DNA from: a virus | Taxonomy: Duplodnaviria > Caudoviricetes | DNA length: 62,503 nucleotides | Virus record (IMG/VR): IMGVR_UViG_3300047157_000129 | Coordinates: 1 to 62,503 of that record | Strand: one strand, 5' to 3' | Shown here: positions 41,350-50,718 of the stretch, piece by piece | Position numbering within the stretch: the stretch's first letter is position 1 | Layout of the letters: each line of letters opens with the position of its first letter | Notes under the pieces: model-generated | What the model saw: the letters and a program-made list of their open reading frames with translations, nothing else | Databases searched by the model: none | Told to the model about the DNA's origin: nothing | Program-made: the position numbers and the translations under genes

Positions 41350-42845
41350 AACTAACGGATATTGCCTCTTCAGCACGTGACTATCAGCGTGAGCAGATAG
41401 CCGCTGCAGTGCTGTCTCGTCGGAACGGATCAAACATTGATATCATTGGCTCTCCTGTTGGAAGCGGTAAAGGCTTTACGATTGGTGAACTCATGAGGCT
41501 TGGCACTCGGCCACTGGCTGTGTTGCCTAACTTGAATCTGTTGAATCAAATGCATCAACGTGTGGCTGCTCATCTTGAGGAAGACATTGACGTAGAGCAA
41601 GCAGAGCGCCGAGTCAGCAACTCTTCCATGCACAGGACCAGAGCAATCGTGGCGTCGGCCATGTCCATTTGGAAGGACGATCGATGGAAGAAATTCCTTG
41701 ACCGTTCTATCTGGTTGATTGACGAGTTCCATCTAGGAAACACAGACAGGCGACAGAAGATACTGAAGGTCGCAGCGGAACACGGGGTCTATGTGGTTGG
41801 TCTCACAGCAACACCCTTCACTGCCAAAGGACTGCCGCTTGATAACTGTCCGACACCCTGCTACTGGAAAACATACAAAGACTTTATTGATGACCGATGG
41901 TTAGTGCCACCGAAGATCACGTTGCTGGAACCAAAGTCATACGACTACACCATCTTTGACGAGATCACATTCAATGAATACAACTGTGACGAACTGCTGA
42001 GTGAAGAGGGTACTGTTCATGAGTTTGCGAACGCTGTCATGCAGTACTACAACCAAGAGCCTAGCGCCGTGTACGTGTCAGGCGTCAAGGTATTAAAGAG
42101 ATTGGTTGAGGTATTCAAGCGGTACGGAGTGCAGGTCTCTGCAGTTTGGGGGAACCAGCCACCTGAGGATAGGCAGGTAAACATGCAGGCCTTCCTGAAT
42201 GGTGATACAAAAATCATTGTAAACGTTGGCGTCCTGTCGTACGGATGGGACTTCCCTGAACTACGCAATGTGTTTGGTTGTGCTCCGACACGTAGCTTGT
42301 CAAACATGGAGCAACGATTGGGTAGGCTATCGCGTCCGCTTAGTGGTGTTCTCAATAACGACATGACTCAAGACCAGCGACGTGAAGCTATCAACAACAG
42401 CAGCAAGCCACACGGTAAGTATTACGACTTGACGCACAGCACAAGCGGCATCAAGTTATGCACTCCCATTGATGTATTTGATAATGCCTCTAGGCAAGAC
42501 AGTGACAGACGTGAGAAGATGGTAGCAGCAGCAACTGGAGAAGATGTTGATGTACTTGAAGTCATTGAAGAAACTGCTGACGAAATACGGAAGCAAGAAA
42601 TCAAAGAAGCTGAGCGTCAGAAGGCACAGCTCGGAGTTAACTTTGAGAAAAGTGATGGAGACGTGTTCGGTGAGACACGTGAAAGCAAGCGAGGATGGCG
42701 CATGTATTGGGGTCCATTCAGGGGACAGCTTATGAGGAAGGTGCCAACAGGAGTACTGAAGTCGCACCTTCGTAAATCAAAACCACACACGGATTACAGG
42801 AAGGCTTTGTTTCGAGAGCTGGCAGCTCGAGAGTCTGCCGCATAA
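41346..42845 (+). CDS. superfamily 2 (DEAD/H-box, UvsW/ResIII-like) helicase
   Basis: RDYQ, PVGSGKG, LIDEFH, GLTAT, GWDFP, QRLGRLSR motifs. Confidence 0.92.
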   Translation: MKLTDIASSARDYQREQIAAAVLSRRNGSNIDIIGSPVGSGKGFTIGELMRLGTRPLAVLPNLNLLNQMHQRVAAHLEEDIDVEQAERRVSNSSMHRTRAIVASAMSIWKDDRWKKFLDRSIWLIDEFHLGNTDRRQKILKVAAEHGVYVVGLTATPFTAKGLPLDNCPTPCYWKTYKDFIDDRWLVPPKITLLEPKSYDYTIFDEITFNEYNCDELLSEEGTVHEFANAVMQYYNQEPSAVYVSGVKVLKRLVEVFKRYGVQVSAVWGNQPPEDRQVNMQAFLNGDTKIIVNVGVLSYGWDFPELRNVFGCAPTRSLSNMEQRLGRLSRPLSGVLNNDMTQDQRREAINNSSKPHGKYYDLTHSTSGIKLCTPIDVFDNASRQDSDRREKMVAAATGEDVDVLEVIEETADEIRKQEIKEAERQKAQLGVNFEKSDGDVFGETRESKRGWRMYWGPFRGQLMRKVPTGVLKSHLRKSKPHTDYRKALFRELAARESAA

Positions 42846-42861
42846 CTCTGAGGACTCAAGG

Positions 42862-43410
42862 ATGAGTCAACGAGATATAAACAAATTAAGGGATGTTGGT
42901 AAGTATGGAGAACGTTTAGCTGAGCTGCATTTAATGGAACATGGTTTCAATGTAGCTTGGCCCATAGTGCCGGACGGCACCGACTTGATTGCTTACGACA
43001 AAGGTAAGACGTGGCAAATACAAGTCAAGTGCTTAACTGGTGAACATCAACGAATCGATACAAGAGGGAGGTTTGCAAAACAAAAAGTCTCTAGCAAGGA
43101 AGACTACAAATACATTGATATCTTTATGGCGATTAACTTAGTGAATGAAAAAATTCATGTGCTTCCTACATGGATCCAATTACCTGAGCAATTCTCTGTA
43201 AAGTTTTTACTTGAAACATCGGCAGACCTCATACGTTTGCCACAGCTTCCTTGTCTCTTAGGCGCGCACTCCTGTGATAAGACCTGCAACAAATGCCGTC
43301 CCCATCTTCAAGCGATGTCTGCTACCGACCGGGAAGGGCTGCTTGCTCTCATATCGCGGAGCCATAGGGCTACCAAGCGTAGCAAACAGAAAGGGCGTCG
43401 TGGACAATGA
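42862..43410 (+). CDS. PD-(D/E)XK endonuclease-like protein
   Basis: GKYGE...GFNVAWP...DLI...IQVK motif. Confidence 0.75.
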   Translation: MSQRDINKLRDVGKYGERLAELHLMEHGFNVAWPIVPDGTDLIAYDKGKTWQIQVKCLTGEHQRIDTRGRFAKQKVSSKEDYKYIDIFMAINLVNEKIHVLPTWIQLPEQFSVKFLLETSADLIRLPQLPCLLGAHSCDKTCNKCRPHLQAMSATDREGLLALISRSHRATKRSKQKGRRGQ

Positions 43411-43922
43411 GGCTTGATATAAAGACCCCGAAGGGTCAGCGCACACTTGCTCGTGAACAGGAGTGCATGCGCATAATAACTGAGCAGTATCCCAATTTAA
43501 TATACACGCAGACGCCAAAGGATGAAGCTGCGCTATACGACGGGATGCTTGTTGATCGTCGTGATCATGAAATAAAATTTATTGTTGAACAAAAAACTAG
43601 ACAGATAGCAGAAGAGCAATGGCAATACTATGGTCAGATCTGGCTCATCACAGCACAGAAACTCAAGGATCTTCAAAAGGTTTGTGCGTGGTCACGCATA
43701 CCGTTGATGGGTGTTCTTTATATGCCACCGCAGGGACTGATCCTTTGCGCCAAGTTGATAGACGAAAGCGGCGAGATGTGCGTGGACTACAGAGACGAGG
43801 AAACATTGACTCAAGAAAATTGCAACAGCAAACACAAGCCCAAAGTATTGAGACTCAATAGATATGTCAATATGAAGAATGCAAAAAAAATAACTTGCAA
43901 AAAAATTCCATATCAGGAATAA
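43407..43922 (+). CDS. putative PD-(D/E)XK nuclease
   Basis: YDG...VEQKTR motif. Confidence 0.6.
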   Translation: MRLDIKTPKGQRTLAREQECMRIITEQYPNLIYTQTPKDEAALYDGMLVDRRDHEIKFIVEQKTRQIAEEQWQYYGQIWLITAQKLKDLQKVCAWSRIPLMGVLYMPPQGLILCAKLIDESGEMCVDYRDEETLTQENCNSKHKPKVLRLNRYVNMKNAKKITCKKIPYQE

Positions 43923-43923
43923 T
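43895..43923 (+). promoter_or_regulatory. putative sigma70 promoter TTGCAA-N17-AATAAT
   Basis: 17-bp spacer and A-tracts, directly before the structured non-coding region. Confidence 0.5.
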
Positions 43924-43929
43924 GCCGAC

Positions 43930-44190
43930 CGTGTTAATTGGTGTCTGTTCAGCCTTATAGTCCTGCGGGATAAACGAACAGCCTTGCTCAGGCGAGCTAT
44001 GGTAAGATGCTGGGGAGCGATACACTGACCCGCCCCAGAAGGAAGATTCACTTACTCGGAGTGACAGGGATAGCGATAGTAACTCCGAAATCAAACTCAT
44101 CTATCAAGTGCAATGTACCGAAGAAGCGGTGAAACTGTACTACTTCCTGCTTTACCGCAGGGAGTGGTATACCTCGAAACAGTGAAATTA
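43930..44190 (+). ncRNA. candidate structured non-coding RNA or origin element
   Basis: No credible ORF; at least six stem-loops, with G-U pairs favouring the + strand. Confidence 0.5.
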
Positions 44191-44210
44191 AGTGGCATGG
44201 AGGCGCAACT

Positions 44211-44528
44211 ATGAATGATGAAGACGTAAGGTTACTAACAATCACTAGCATTAGTGGTGGCACGTATGTGAACTGTACGTTCCCTGCTCCTATAGAGATA
44301 ATACATTCCGTGTTCCCCGAGTCTGCTGGAATAGATGAGACATTTCGGTGGAGTGATGCGGCTGGGCTACTACCAGCGCCAAGCATTCTCATGGATTGTG
44401 ATACGATAGTTCAGATAGCTACGTCTGATGAGGCGTATGCAATAGCTGAGTACTTCCAGAAGTGTGGCGCTTGGTTGGAGCAGATTGAATACGAACAGGA
44501 GATCGAAGGAGATCTTGATGACGACTGA
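44211..44528 (+). CDS. hypothetical protein
   Basis: GGAGG RBS. Confidence 0.7.
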   Translation: MNDEDVRLLTITSISGGTYVNCTFPAPIEIIHSVFPESAGIDETFRWSDAAGLLPAPSILMDCDTIVQIATSDEAYAIAEYFQKCGAWLEQIEYEQEIEGDLDDD

Positions 44529-45222
44529 GAACAAGGAGGTTCTTGATGAATTTGCTAAAACGTTTCCGTTCTGCTTCGTCTGCTGGAGCAGACAAGACTT
44601 GCAGATCCACCATATGGCACAGGGTGCCGGACGAAAGCACGTCAGATGCAATCTCGTACGACTCTGTGCCAGTTGCCACGAGAGACTTCATTTCGTGGCC
44701 GGTGAAAAGGGTCTCACAAAAGGACAAGTGCTGCTGTCAAAACTCCTCCACGACGAAGGAAGTTATGATCCGTCATGCGTGGCTGCTCTATCTCATAAGG
44801 TGGGTTTGCGATACGGCCTTGAGCCTTTACCTGCTTGGGCGCTGGTGCGTCGTAGCCGTAGTGAATACCCTCAGGAGAAAAAAGTAATGGCTTGTAATGC
44901 TAGAAGAAAAGGTAAGACCGGCGAGCTTGAGGCAGCGCATGAGATAAATATATTGCTGCCTAACGCTCAGGCTCGTAGAGCGCAACAGTTCTCAGCGACC
45001 GAGAGTACCGCTGACCTGCTTGCGCCCGGTCTTCCAAACTTATTTCTCGAAGTCAAACGCCGGCAGTCTATTAACCTCCATAAGGTAATGGACGAATGCG
45101 AAGAAAGTTGTGGCGGGCTAAGTCCCGTAGTGCTTCACCGCAAGGATAATACTGACTGGCTGATAACCTTCCGGCTGCAAGATATAAGGGAGATTGTCAC
45201 TGCACTACAGAGGGCTATGTGA
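44518..45222 (+). CDS. HNH-type domain fused to a Holliday junction resolvase-like PD-(D/E)XK domain
   Basis: CFVC...IHH...NLVRLCASCH, then RRKGKTGELE...ADL...LEVKR. Confidence 0.75.
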   Translation: MTTENKEVLDEFAKTFPFCFVCWSRQDLQIHHMAQGAGRKHVRCNLVRLCASCHERLHFVAGEKGLTKGQVLLSKLLHDEGSYDPSCVAALSHKVGLRYGLEPLPAWALVRRSRSEYPQEKKVMACNARRKGKTGELEAAHEINILLPNAQARRAQQFSATESTADLLAPGLPNLFLEVKRRQSINLHKVMDECEESCGGLSPVVLHRKDNTDWLITFRLQDIREIVTALQRAM

Positions 45223-45557
45223 TGAAGAAGAAGCGACCTCCTCTGTTCATACGTACGCGCAACTGGCTCAGAAAGAACTACCCGCTACCAATGCAGGTCA
45301 GCGTTCATCGGCACGAAGCGCACAAGATGCCAAAGCTTTTAGGCTACGTAGAGGTAGACAAGAAGCACATGAAGATCGTGATCACAAAGAACACGAACCA
45401 GCGCGAAGCATCAGAGACCCTCATAGAAGAATGGTCTCATGCATTACGGGAAACTCTGGCAGTACCAGTAGACTACGAAAGCGAAGCTGGAATGCACGAT
45501 GAGTTCTTTTGGTTAATCTACGGCAAGCTAATTAACGAGTGGCGAGAATTAAAATAA
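45219..45557 (+). CDS. SprT/zincin-like hypothetical protein
   Basis: TLIEEWSH (HExxH variant) and HDEFFW. Confidence 0.5.
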   Translation: MMKKKRPPLFIRTRNWLRKNYPLPMQVSVHRHEAHKMPKLLGYVEVDKKHMKIVITKNTNQREASETLIEEWSHALRETLAVPVDYESEAGMHDEFFWLIYGKLINEWRELK

Positions 45558-45601
45558 TTGCTATTGGCATATCTCATTGACCTCTGTAGACTGTCCCCAT
45601 C

Positions 45602-45895
45602 ATGACAAAAATAAACTATACAAATGGTGCTACTCGCAATCATATTGACACACGCATGTCTCTTCTACCAATGTCGGCGCTCATGGAATTGGGTCGCGTA
45701 ATGGCTAAGGGTGCAGAAGATCATGGCGAAGACAACTGGCGTGGCGGAATCCCAGAGAGGGTGATCCTTGACCATGCGTTACGACACATCGCACTTCATT
45801 GTGAAGGCGATACAACTGAGCCGCATTTAGCACATGCTGCTTGTAATTTGTTAATGGCTATCCACTTTAAACTGGAAGCCGAAAGGAGTTCCTAA
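45602..45895 (+). CDS. dATP/dGTP diphosphohydrolase-like protein (DUF5664)
   Basis: LLP...VMAKGAEDHGEDNWRGGI...ALRH...HLAHAACNL. Confidence 0.85.
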   Translation: MTKINYTNGATRNHIDTRMSLLPMSALMELGRVMAKGAEDHGEDNWRGGIPERVILDHALRHIALHCEGDTTEPHLAHAACNLLMAIHFKLEAERSS

Positions 45896-46254
45896 TGGCT
45901 GCTGATCTTAATCAATCCAGTTTCACTGGTAATCTTGTATCGGACCCACGCATCCGTCATGTCAAGGAGACAGACGTTGCATCATTTACTATTGCAGTTA
46001 ACGGCTTAAAGGAAGGCGCTACTATTTTCGTTCAGTGTGATTGGTGGCGTTGTAACAAGGCCATTGAGTACATGGCAAAGGGTAAGAAGATTGCTGTCAC
46101 TGGTCCCGTCAAGTTGAGTACGTGGAACAGCAAGACCGGAGAGATGAAGTCTGCTATTGGCTTGGAAGTCAAGCAGTTAGTTCTTCTCGGCGGCGCTGAC
46201 ACCAAGCGTACTCCAGTAGAGGAAGAAGATCCGTTTACCTCATTTGCTAGCTAG
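45895..46254 (+). CDS. ssb: single-stranded DNA-binding protein
   Basis: GNLVSDP, FTIAVN, KGKKIAVTG, acidic EEEDPF tail. Confidence 0.9.
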   Translation: MAADLNQSSFTGNLVSDPRIRHVKETDVASFTIAVNGLKEGATIFVQCDWWRCNKAIEYMAKGKKIAVTGPVKLSTWNSKTGEMKSAIGLEVKQLVLLGGADTKRTPVEEEDPFTSFAS

Positions 46255-46260
46255 GAAAAA

Positions 46261-46689
46261 ATGCACACGCCTACGATCAAGGATGATCAGGAGCTTTGGG
46301 GATTGTTAGACATGACATCCCCAGAGTTCCGGCGCGGCTGGCGCAGATTCACAGCCAACACTATCAAGGAAGCCCTGTCTACTGCTAACTTTGTAGGCAA
46401 ATTCGCCCTGAAAAATAAGAACTCAGCCCGTATTTCAGTCAAGCCTCGCGTTGCAGAACACATCACTAATGGCTGTGCGGCATGGCTCTGGATCGACGGA
46501 ATAGGCAATCCAGACTTCTCATTTGACGAATGCTGCGAGATTGTAGGGCTAGATCCCGATGCAGTTCGTGAGGCTTTTCATGCACTTTTTGACACTGATG
46601 ACGACATAAAGGAGATAGACTGGTGGGTACGCAGACGCTGCGATCTGACTGGCTGTCTCTGGGCAGGAGAGAACATACATGAGGATTGA
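46261..46689 (+). CDS. hypothetical protein
   Basis: A..W...FSFDECCEIVGLDPDAVR phage motif. Confidence 0.65.
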   Translation: MHTPTIKDDQELWGLLDMTSPEFRRGWRRFTANTIKEALSTANFVGKFALKNKNSARISVKPRVAEHITNGCAAWLWIDGIGNPDFSFDECCEIVGLDPDAVREAFHALFDTDDDIKEIDWWVRRRCDLTGCLWAGENIHED

Positions 46690-46996
46690 ATTCCTCTCAG
46701 GCCCGCAAGAGTCACAGGCTGTCAAAGCACGAGGCGAACAACACGGTCGTTCCAAGTTAAAGGAATGGCAAGTCAACTTAATGCTGGACATGTTCGAGTG
46801 GGGTTACGAGCCCAAGTACCTCTCGGTCGTGTTCAGCGTTGCGTTGTCTTCGGTTTACGCAATACTCAATGGCGAAAGATGGAAGCACGTGCATCATGGG
46901 CGTACTCAAAGGGCTAGCGAAAGGCGGTCTCACCAAGAAGGAGCGCGAGAAGATGAACCGGAAGACCGGCTCAAATCTCAAGGCGCCACAACCTGA
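46679..46996 (+). CDS. HTH protein (GE.HGRSKL motif as in HNH-associated DNA-binding domains)
   Basis: GEQHGRSKLKEWQV...VYAILNGERWKHV. Confidence 0.6.
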   Translation: MRIEFLSGPQESQAVKARGEQHGRSKLKEWQVNLMLDMFEWGYEPKYLSVVFSVALSSVYAILNGERWKHVHHGRTQRASERRSHQEGAREDEPEDRLKSQGATT

Positions 46997-47114
46997 AGGT
47001 GGATCTCGCAAGAAAAGTTATTGTGCTCGATCGGCTGGCATTAAGAAGTGCAAGAACCCTGACCGCAATGGCGACTGTCCCAATGATGTAGCTAGAAGAA
47101 AGTGGAAGTGTTAA
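46896..47114 (+). CDS. small basic DUF6321-like protein
   Basis: GGL...GSNLKAP...RKKSYCARS...ARRKWKC; start at ATG 46896. Confidence 0.7.
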   Translation: MGVLKGLAKGGLTKKEREKMNRKTGSNLKAPQPEGGSRKKSYCARSAGIKKCKNPDRNGDCPNDVARRKWKC

Positions 47115-47575
47115 TGAAACGTTTACTTAGGGGTGCAGGAGTTGACCAAGCACTAGGCATGGATCATGTTGCTGAAACTGTTGGTCATGCAGCTGATGCA
47201 GCAAAAGAGTTCACTCATGCAGGGGGCGGACTTCGTGGTGGAGCAGCTGCGTATGGCGGTCACGTTGTAGCAGATGCTGCGCTGCATGCAGGCAAACGAT
47301 TAGCCGGTACGTATACAAACAAAGACATTGAAAAAGCGAACACGAAGCAAACTCATCAAGGATATGGAACGAATGTACTTCAGAACTTAGCTGGTCCCGG
47401 CAAAGCAATAGATCAACTGCAACAGGGTTGGCGTGGCATGGCAAGAGATGTGCAGGGTGCATACGACTCGGCACAGAAAACAAAACAAATGGAAACCAAA
47501 CGCAATATGAGTCGCCCCATGTCAGAAAAATACAAGTCAAACGTTAATCAACTACAAGGACTATTAGGGAGATAG
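47114..47575 (+). CDS. hypothetical Gly/Ala-rich protein
   Basis: Coupled ORF; ATG at 47114. Confidence 0.6.
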   Translation: MKRLLRGAGVDQALGMDHVAETVGHAADAAKEFTHAGGGLRGGAAAYGGHVVADAALHAGKRLAGTYTNKDIEKANTKQTHQGYGTNVLQNLAGPGKAIDQLQQGWRGMARDVQGAYDSAQKTKQMETKRNMSRPMSEKYKSNVNQLQGLLGR

Positions 47576-47577
47576 TA

Positions 47578-48048
47578 ATGCCAGACATATCAGATTTTGA
47601 TGAGCGCATGAGGGACGGTCACTTCGAAGCAAAGTGGACTGGGCGACCGCAGGTCATTTACCCAGAGGCTGAAGCACCACCACCTCCACCTCCACCGCCA
47701 GATCCAGATACAACGATTGGTACTGTAACTATCAGTGGTGAAACAAGTGTTAACACTGGAGACTCTAAGGTTTACACGGCATCTATTGACGGTGATGCTA
47801 CGGGCCTGACCTATCAGTGGCAGAACACTGGAGGTAACGAAGTCAGTTCTTCAGGCTCCAGCTATGGAGTTGAGTGGGACACAGAGACTACTGGCTACGT
47901 GATGTGCAAAGTCACTTCTTCAGATGAGAACTGCATTGACAGTCCATCCGATGCAGTGCCTTTAGAGGTATCCGTAGTGACTGTGTTCTCCACTGAGGGT
48001 GGCGACAAACTAACCGATGAAGATGGCAACCCCATAGCACCGGAGTAA
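47578..48048 (+). CDS. PKD/Ig-like domain virion protein
   Basis: VTISG...YTA...LTYQW beta-sandwich pattern after a poly-Pro linker. Confidence 0.65.
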   Translation: MPDISDFDERMRDGHFEAKWTGRPQVIYPEAEAPPPPPPPPDPDTTIGTVTISGETSVNTGDSKVYTASIDGDATGLTYQWQNTGGNEVSSSGSSYGVEWDTETTGYVMCKVTSSDENCIDSPSDAVPLEVSVVTVFSTEGGDKLTDEDGNPIAPE

Positions 48049-48052
48049 TAGC

Positions 48053-49723
48053 ATGCCGATTAAGATTAGCGAGCTGCCTGAGATTGATTACCAAGAAGGT
48101 AATCCAGCTTGGGCTGTAGTTACACATGAGGGTCAGAGCCAGAAGGGTGATCTCACAAAGCTTGCCACTGATGAGAGCGTTGATGAGAAGATAGCAGCGG
48201 TACGCGCTGATATACCAGAGGCTCCAGATCTCGATGGTCTGACAGGTCTAGAGTATGTCGACGGTCAGGACGCCGCTATGCTTGAGGCTGCCAACAACTA
48301 TACTGATGGCGCAGTTGGTGGGATTGTATTCCCAGATCCTCCTAGTCTAGAGACCTACGCTACTATGCAGTGGGTAGAGGACAAGGCTTACGCCACTCAG
48401 TCATGGGTGACAACGCAAGACTATGCGAATAACACTGAGGTAGCAGAAGGCATAGCAGCGCAGGCTCGAATCCAAGTAACTACCGATGGTCTTCAAGATA
48501 CTGAGATAGACACCTTGAAGAATAAGGTCTCTGCACTGGAAGGCACTGTTGTTGAGGCTGTGTATAAAGCCGACGCACGAGATGAACCTCAGGTTGGTTC
48601 TTTTGTTTTGAAGAACGTGCTTAACGAGAAGGTGCTATTATTTTCGCAAGCTTCTTATATCGTGCTGTCAAATACTGACTTTAACAACAAGGTCGTAGAT
48701 ATATCTAAGATTTTAGTTGGTGACATAATTCGTCTGGCTACCAGTTATGAGTCGTACGCAAACTATAAAGTTCTCGCTATAGGAGAACGTTCTGAAGGCA
48801 AGTTTGCTCTTGAGGTTGAGCTTAACAGTGCGCCTCAGAACGCTATTGTCTTCGACGGTTATCCGTATGACTTCTTGCATGCTACGCCATTTGATGCAGC
48901 TAACATGGCGTCAATCACGTATGTCGATGATCAAGACTCTCTCAACCTAGAAGCGGCCAAGTCGTACACGGACGATGAGATTAAAAAGATTGAGTTGCCT
49001 GAAGTAGCAGCTGAAGGCTTGATGGTTACGACTGGTGAGAACGTTGTAGAAACTGGCTGGAAGGTTCGTGCTCCGGGTAAAGACGGGCTGTACACGTACA
49101 TGTCTCTTGCCACTGCTGGTGAAATTGCATTGAACCATGTTCGTAACCCAACTGAGTCGCACCATGCTGCTAATAAAGGATGGGTTACTAGCCAGCACTA
49201 CGTGTCAACTGATGAAGACAATCCGCTGATAGAGAAAACAATCACGTGGAATCAGAACAGTTACAGCGACACGCCAAAGATAAATTTCTCTAATGAAAAC
49301 GAGTATGCTCCGCAGAATCACGAGAGGCGCTGCTTGTATGGGTCGTACAAAAGTAACGGTGGATCTAAGAGTCACTGGTCTTTTGGTTTTAACGAAGACA
49401 TGGCGTATTGGAACTACGACTGGCGAATGGGTAGCAATCTCAAGATGCGCTGGCTCATGGGCGATCAGAACGCAAATGTAATGTCCGTATCTAAGACAGG
49501 CGTTGACATGACGTCTGCATACATCGTTGAAGAGGTTGACTACAGCGCAGTACCAGAAGACAAGCACGAAGAGCTGACTGCTTCTGCGCGCAAGATCGAC
49601 ATTGGTCATAGGTTGACTGAGCTGAAGAGAATACTAGTGGATCTCAAGTCATCCCTTATGGTTCGTGATTCCGACGTGCGTGAATCTGTACTCAATGCGC
49701 TTGCAGGTGTAGAGGATATCTGA
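48053..49723 (+). CDS. second tail-fibre-like protein
   Basis: KISELP N-terminus; YAT..WV, YVD and PT..HAANKGWV fibre repeats. Confidence 0.7.
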   Translation: MPIKISELPEIDYQEGNPAWAVVTHEGQSQKGDLTKLATDESVDEKIAAVRADIPEAPDLDGLTGLEYVDGQDAAMLEAANNYTDGAVGGIVFPDPPSLETYATMQWVEDKAYATQSWVTTQDYANNTEVAEGIAAQARIQVTTDGLQDTEIDTLKNKVSALEGTVVEAVYKADARDEPQVGSFVLKNVLNEKVLLFSQASYIVLSNTDFNNKVVDISKILVGDIIRLATSYESYANYKVLAIGERSEGKFALEVELNSAPQNAIVFDGYPYDFLHATPFDAANMASITYVDDQDSLNLEAAKSYTDDEIKKIELPEVAAEGLMVTTGENVVETGWKVRAPGKDGLYTYMSLATAGEIALNHVRNPTESHHAANKGWVTSQHYVSTDEDNPLIEKTITWNQNSYSDTPKINFSNENEYAPQNHERRCLYGSYKSNGGSKSHWSFGFNEDMAYWNYDWRMGSNLKMRWLMGDQNANVMSVSKTGVDMTSAYIVEEVDYSAVPEDKHEELTASARKIDIGHRLTELKRILVDLKSSLMVRDSDVRESVLNALAGVEDI

Positions 49724-50028
49724 TGGCAGAGGATAAGGTGAAGTCAATGATGGGGCCACTGAACACATTCAATAAGCTGAAAGAGCTGAAGGATGCCGTG
49801 AAGTATTTGCCTGTTGTAAAAGCAGCAGACAAACTGCAGGCCGGGATGCCTATCGAGGACTACCTCAAAGCAGCCATTGAACTGGTGCATGAAGTCGCAA
49901 AGGTACAAGGAATCTCCTACAAGGACATGAAGTTAGGGCAGGGCTTGGATCTGTTCTATGATCTGGTGGTTACAGATACACGGGTTAGGAAACATGCGGT
50001 GGAACTGTTGAAGCCGCTAGTAAAATAG
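49723..50028 (+). CDS. hypothetical protein
   Basis: Coupled ORF. Confidence 0.65.
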   Translation: MAEDKVKSMMGPLNTFNKLKELKDAVKYLPVVKAADKLQAGMPIEDYLKAAIELVHEVAKVQGISYKDMKLGQGLDLFYDLVVTDTRVRKHAVELLKPLVK

Positions 50029-50109
50029 GCAAGCAACTGGCGACGGCTGATTGCAAGCCTGTGGTATACTGTACATAGGTACAGCACGTTTGAAACAGGT
50101 GAGAGTGAG

Positions 50110-50718
50110 GTGATCATGAGACGGCTGAGGTTAGTGATAGCTGGGTTCCTAATTGCAGGGATCGTGACAGCAAGTGCGGACGCATTTATCTTTAGGAGGA
50201 TGCGGGCTCGGAGATCTTCTGGTCGTGGTGCATTCTCTTCCTCGCGGCAGTCGCGTGGCATGGGCATGTTGTTCCGACGACGATCATCCTCTAGTTCCTC
50301 TAAGTCTGCATCCAGTGGACGCAGCTCACAGTGGAACGTGGAAGGCCAGTGGAACTACAGCACTGCATTCCTTGCTGAGCATTTACAGCAGGTGCATGGC
50401 ATTGATACTACTGGCATGAGCCGAAGTCAGATGCAGCAAGCGCATGACAACGCACACAATGGAGTAAAGATCACCGCAGGTCTTGGTCCTATCAGTGCTG
50501 GTGGTCCATGCGATGGCTGTCCTTTGCAGGGTTGCTGTCCTAGTTGCGTACAGCCACAGAACGAAGAAGTTGTAGAGGCAATCGTAGAGCCAGCAGAAAC
50601 AATCACAATTATTGAGCAGCCTGCTGCATCATCAAGCAGCTCGTGTCCTAGTGGAACCTGTCCCACCTCACGAGGCTCATCATCTACCCGTAGACGAGGG
50701 CTATTCCGACGATGGTAA
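50110..50718 (+). CDS. secreted protein with signal peptide, His and Cys clusters
   Basis: Signal peptide ending ASA|D; HLQQVHGI...HDNAH; CPSGTCP...RRRGLFRRW; TGgTATACT upstream. Confidence 0.7.
   Translation: MIMRRLRLVIAGFLIAGIVTASADAFIFRRMRARRSSGRGAFSSSRQSRGMGMLFRRRSSSSSSKSASSGRSSQWNVEGQWNYSTAFLAEHLQQVHGIDTTGMSRSQMQQAHDNAHNGVKITAGLGPISAGGPCDGCPLQGCCPSCVQPQNEEVVEAIVEPAETITIIEQPAASSSSSCPSGTCPTSRGSSSTRRRGLFRRW

Noticed and set aside
43930-44190. tRNA, group I intron or hammerhead ribozyme
   Set aside because: No T-loop/cloverleaf, no recognisable P7 core, no CUGAUGA core, and no interrupted gene flanking it
45602-45895. 2-aminoadenine (Z) or other base-modification pathway
   Set aside because: Only a DUF5664-like hydrolase is present; no PurZ, DNA polymerase or modification enzymes were recognised
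46582-46609. Further copy of the GACATAA promoter
   Set aside because: Upstream box is GCACT rather than GCCCA and it lies inside a CDS; too weak to call
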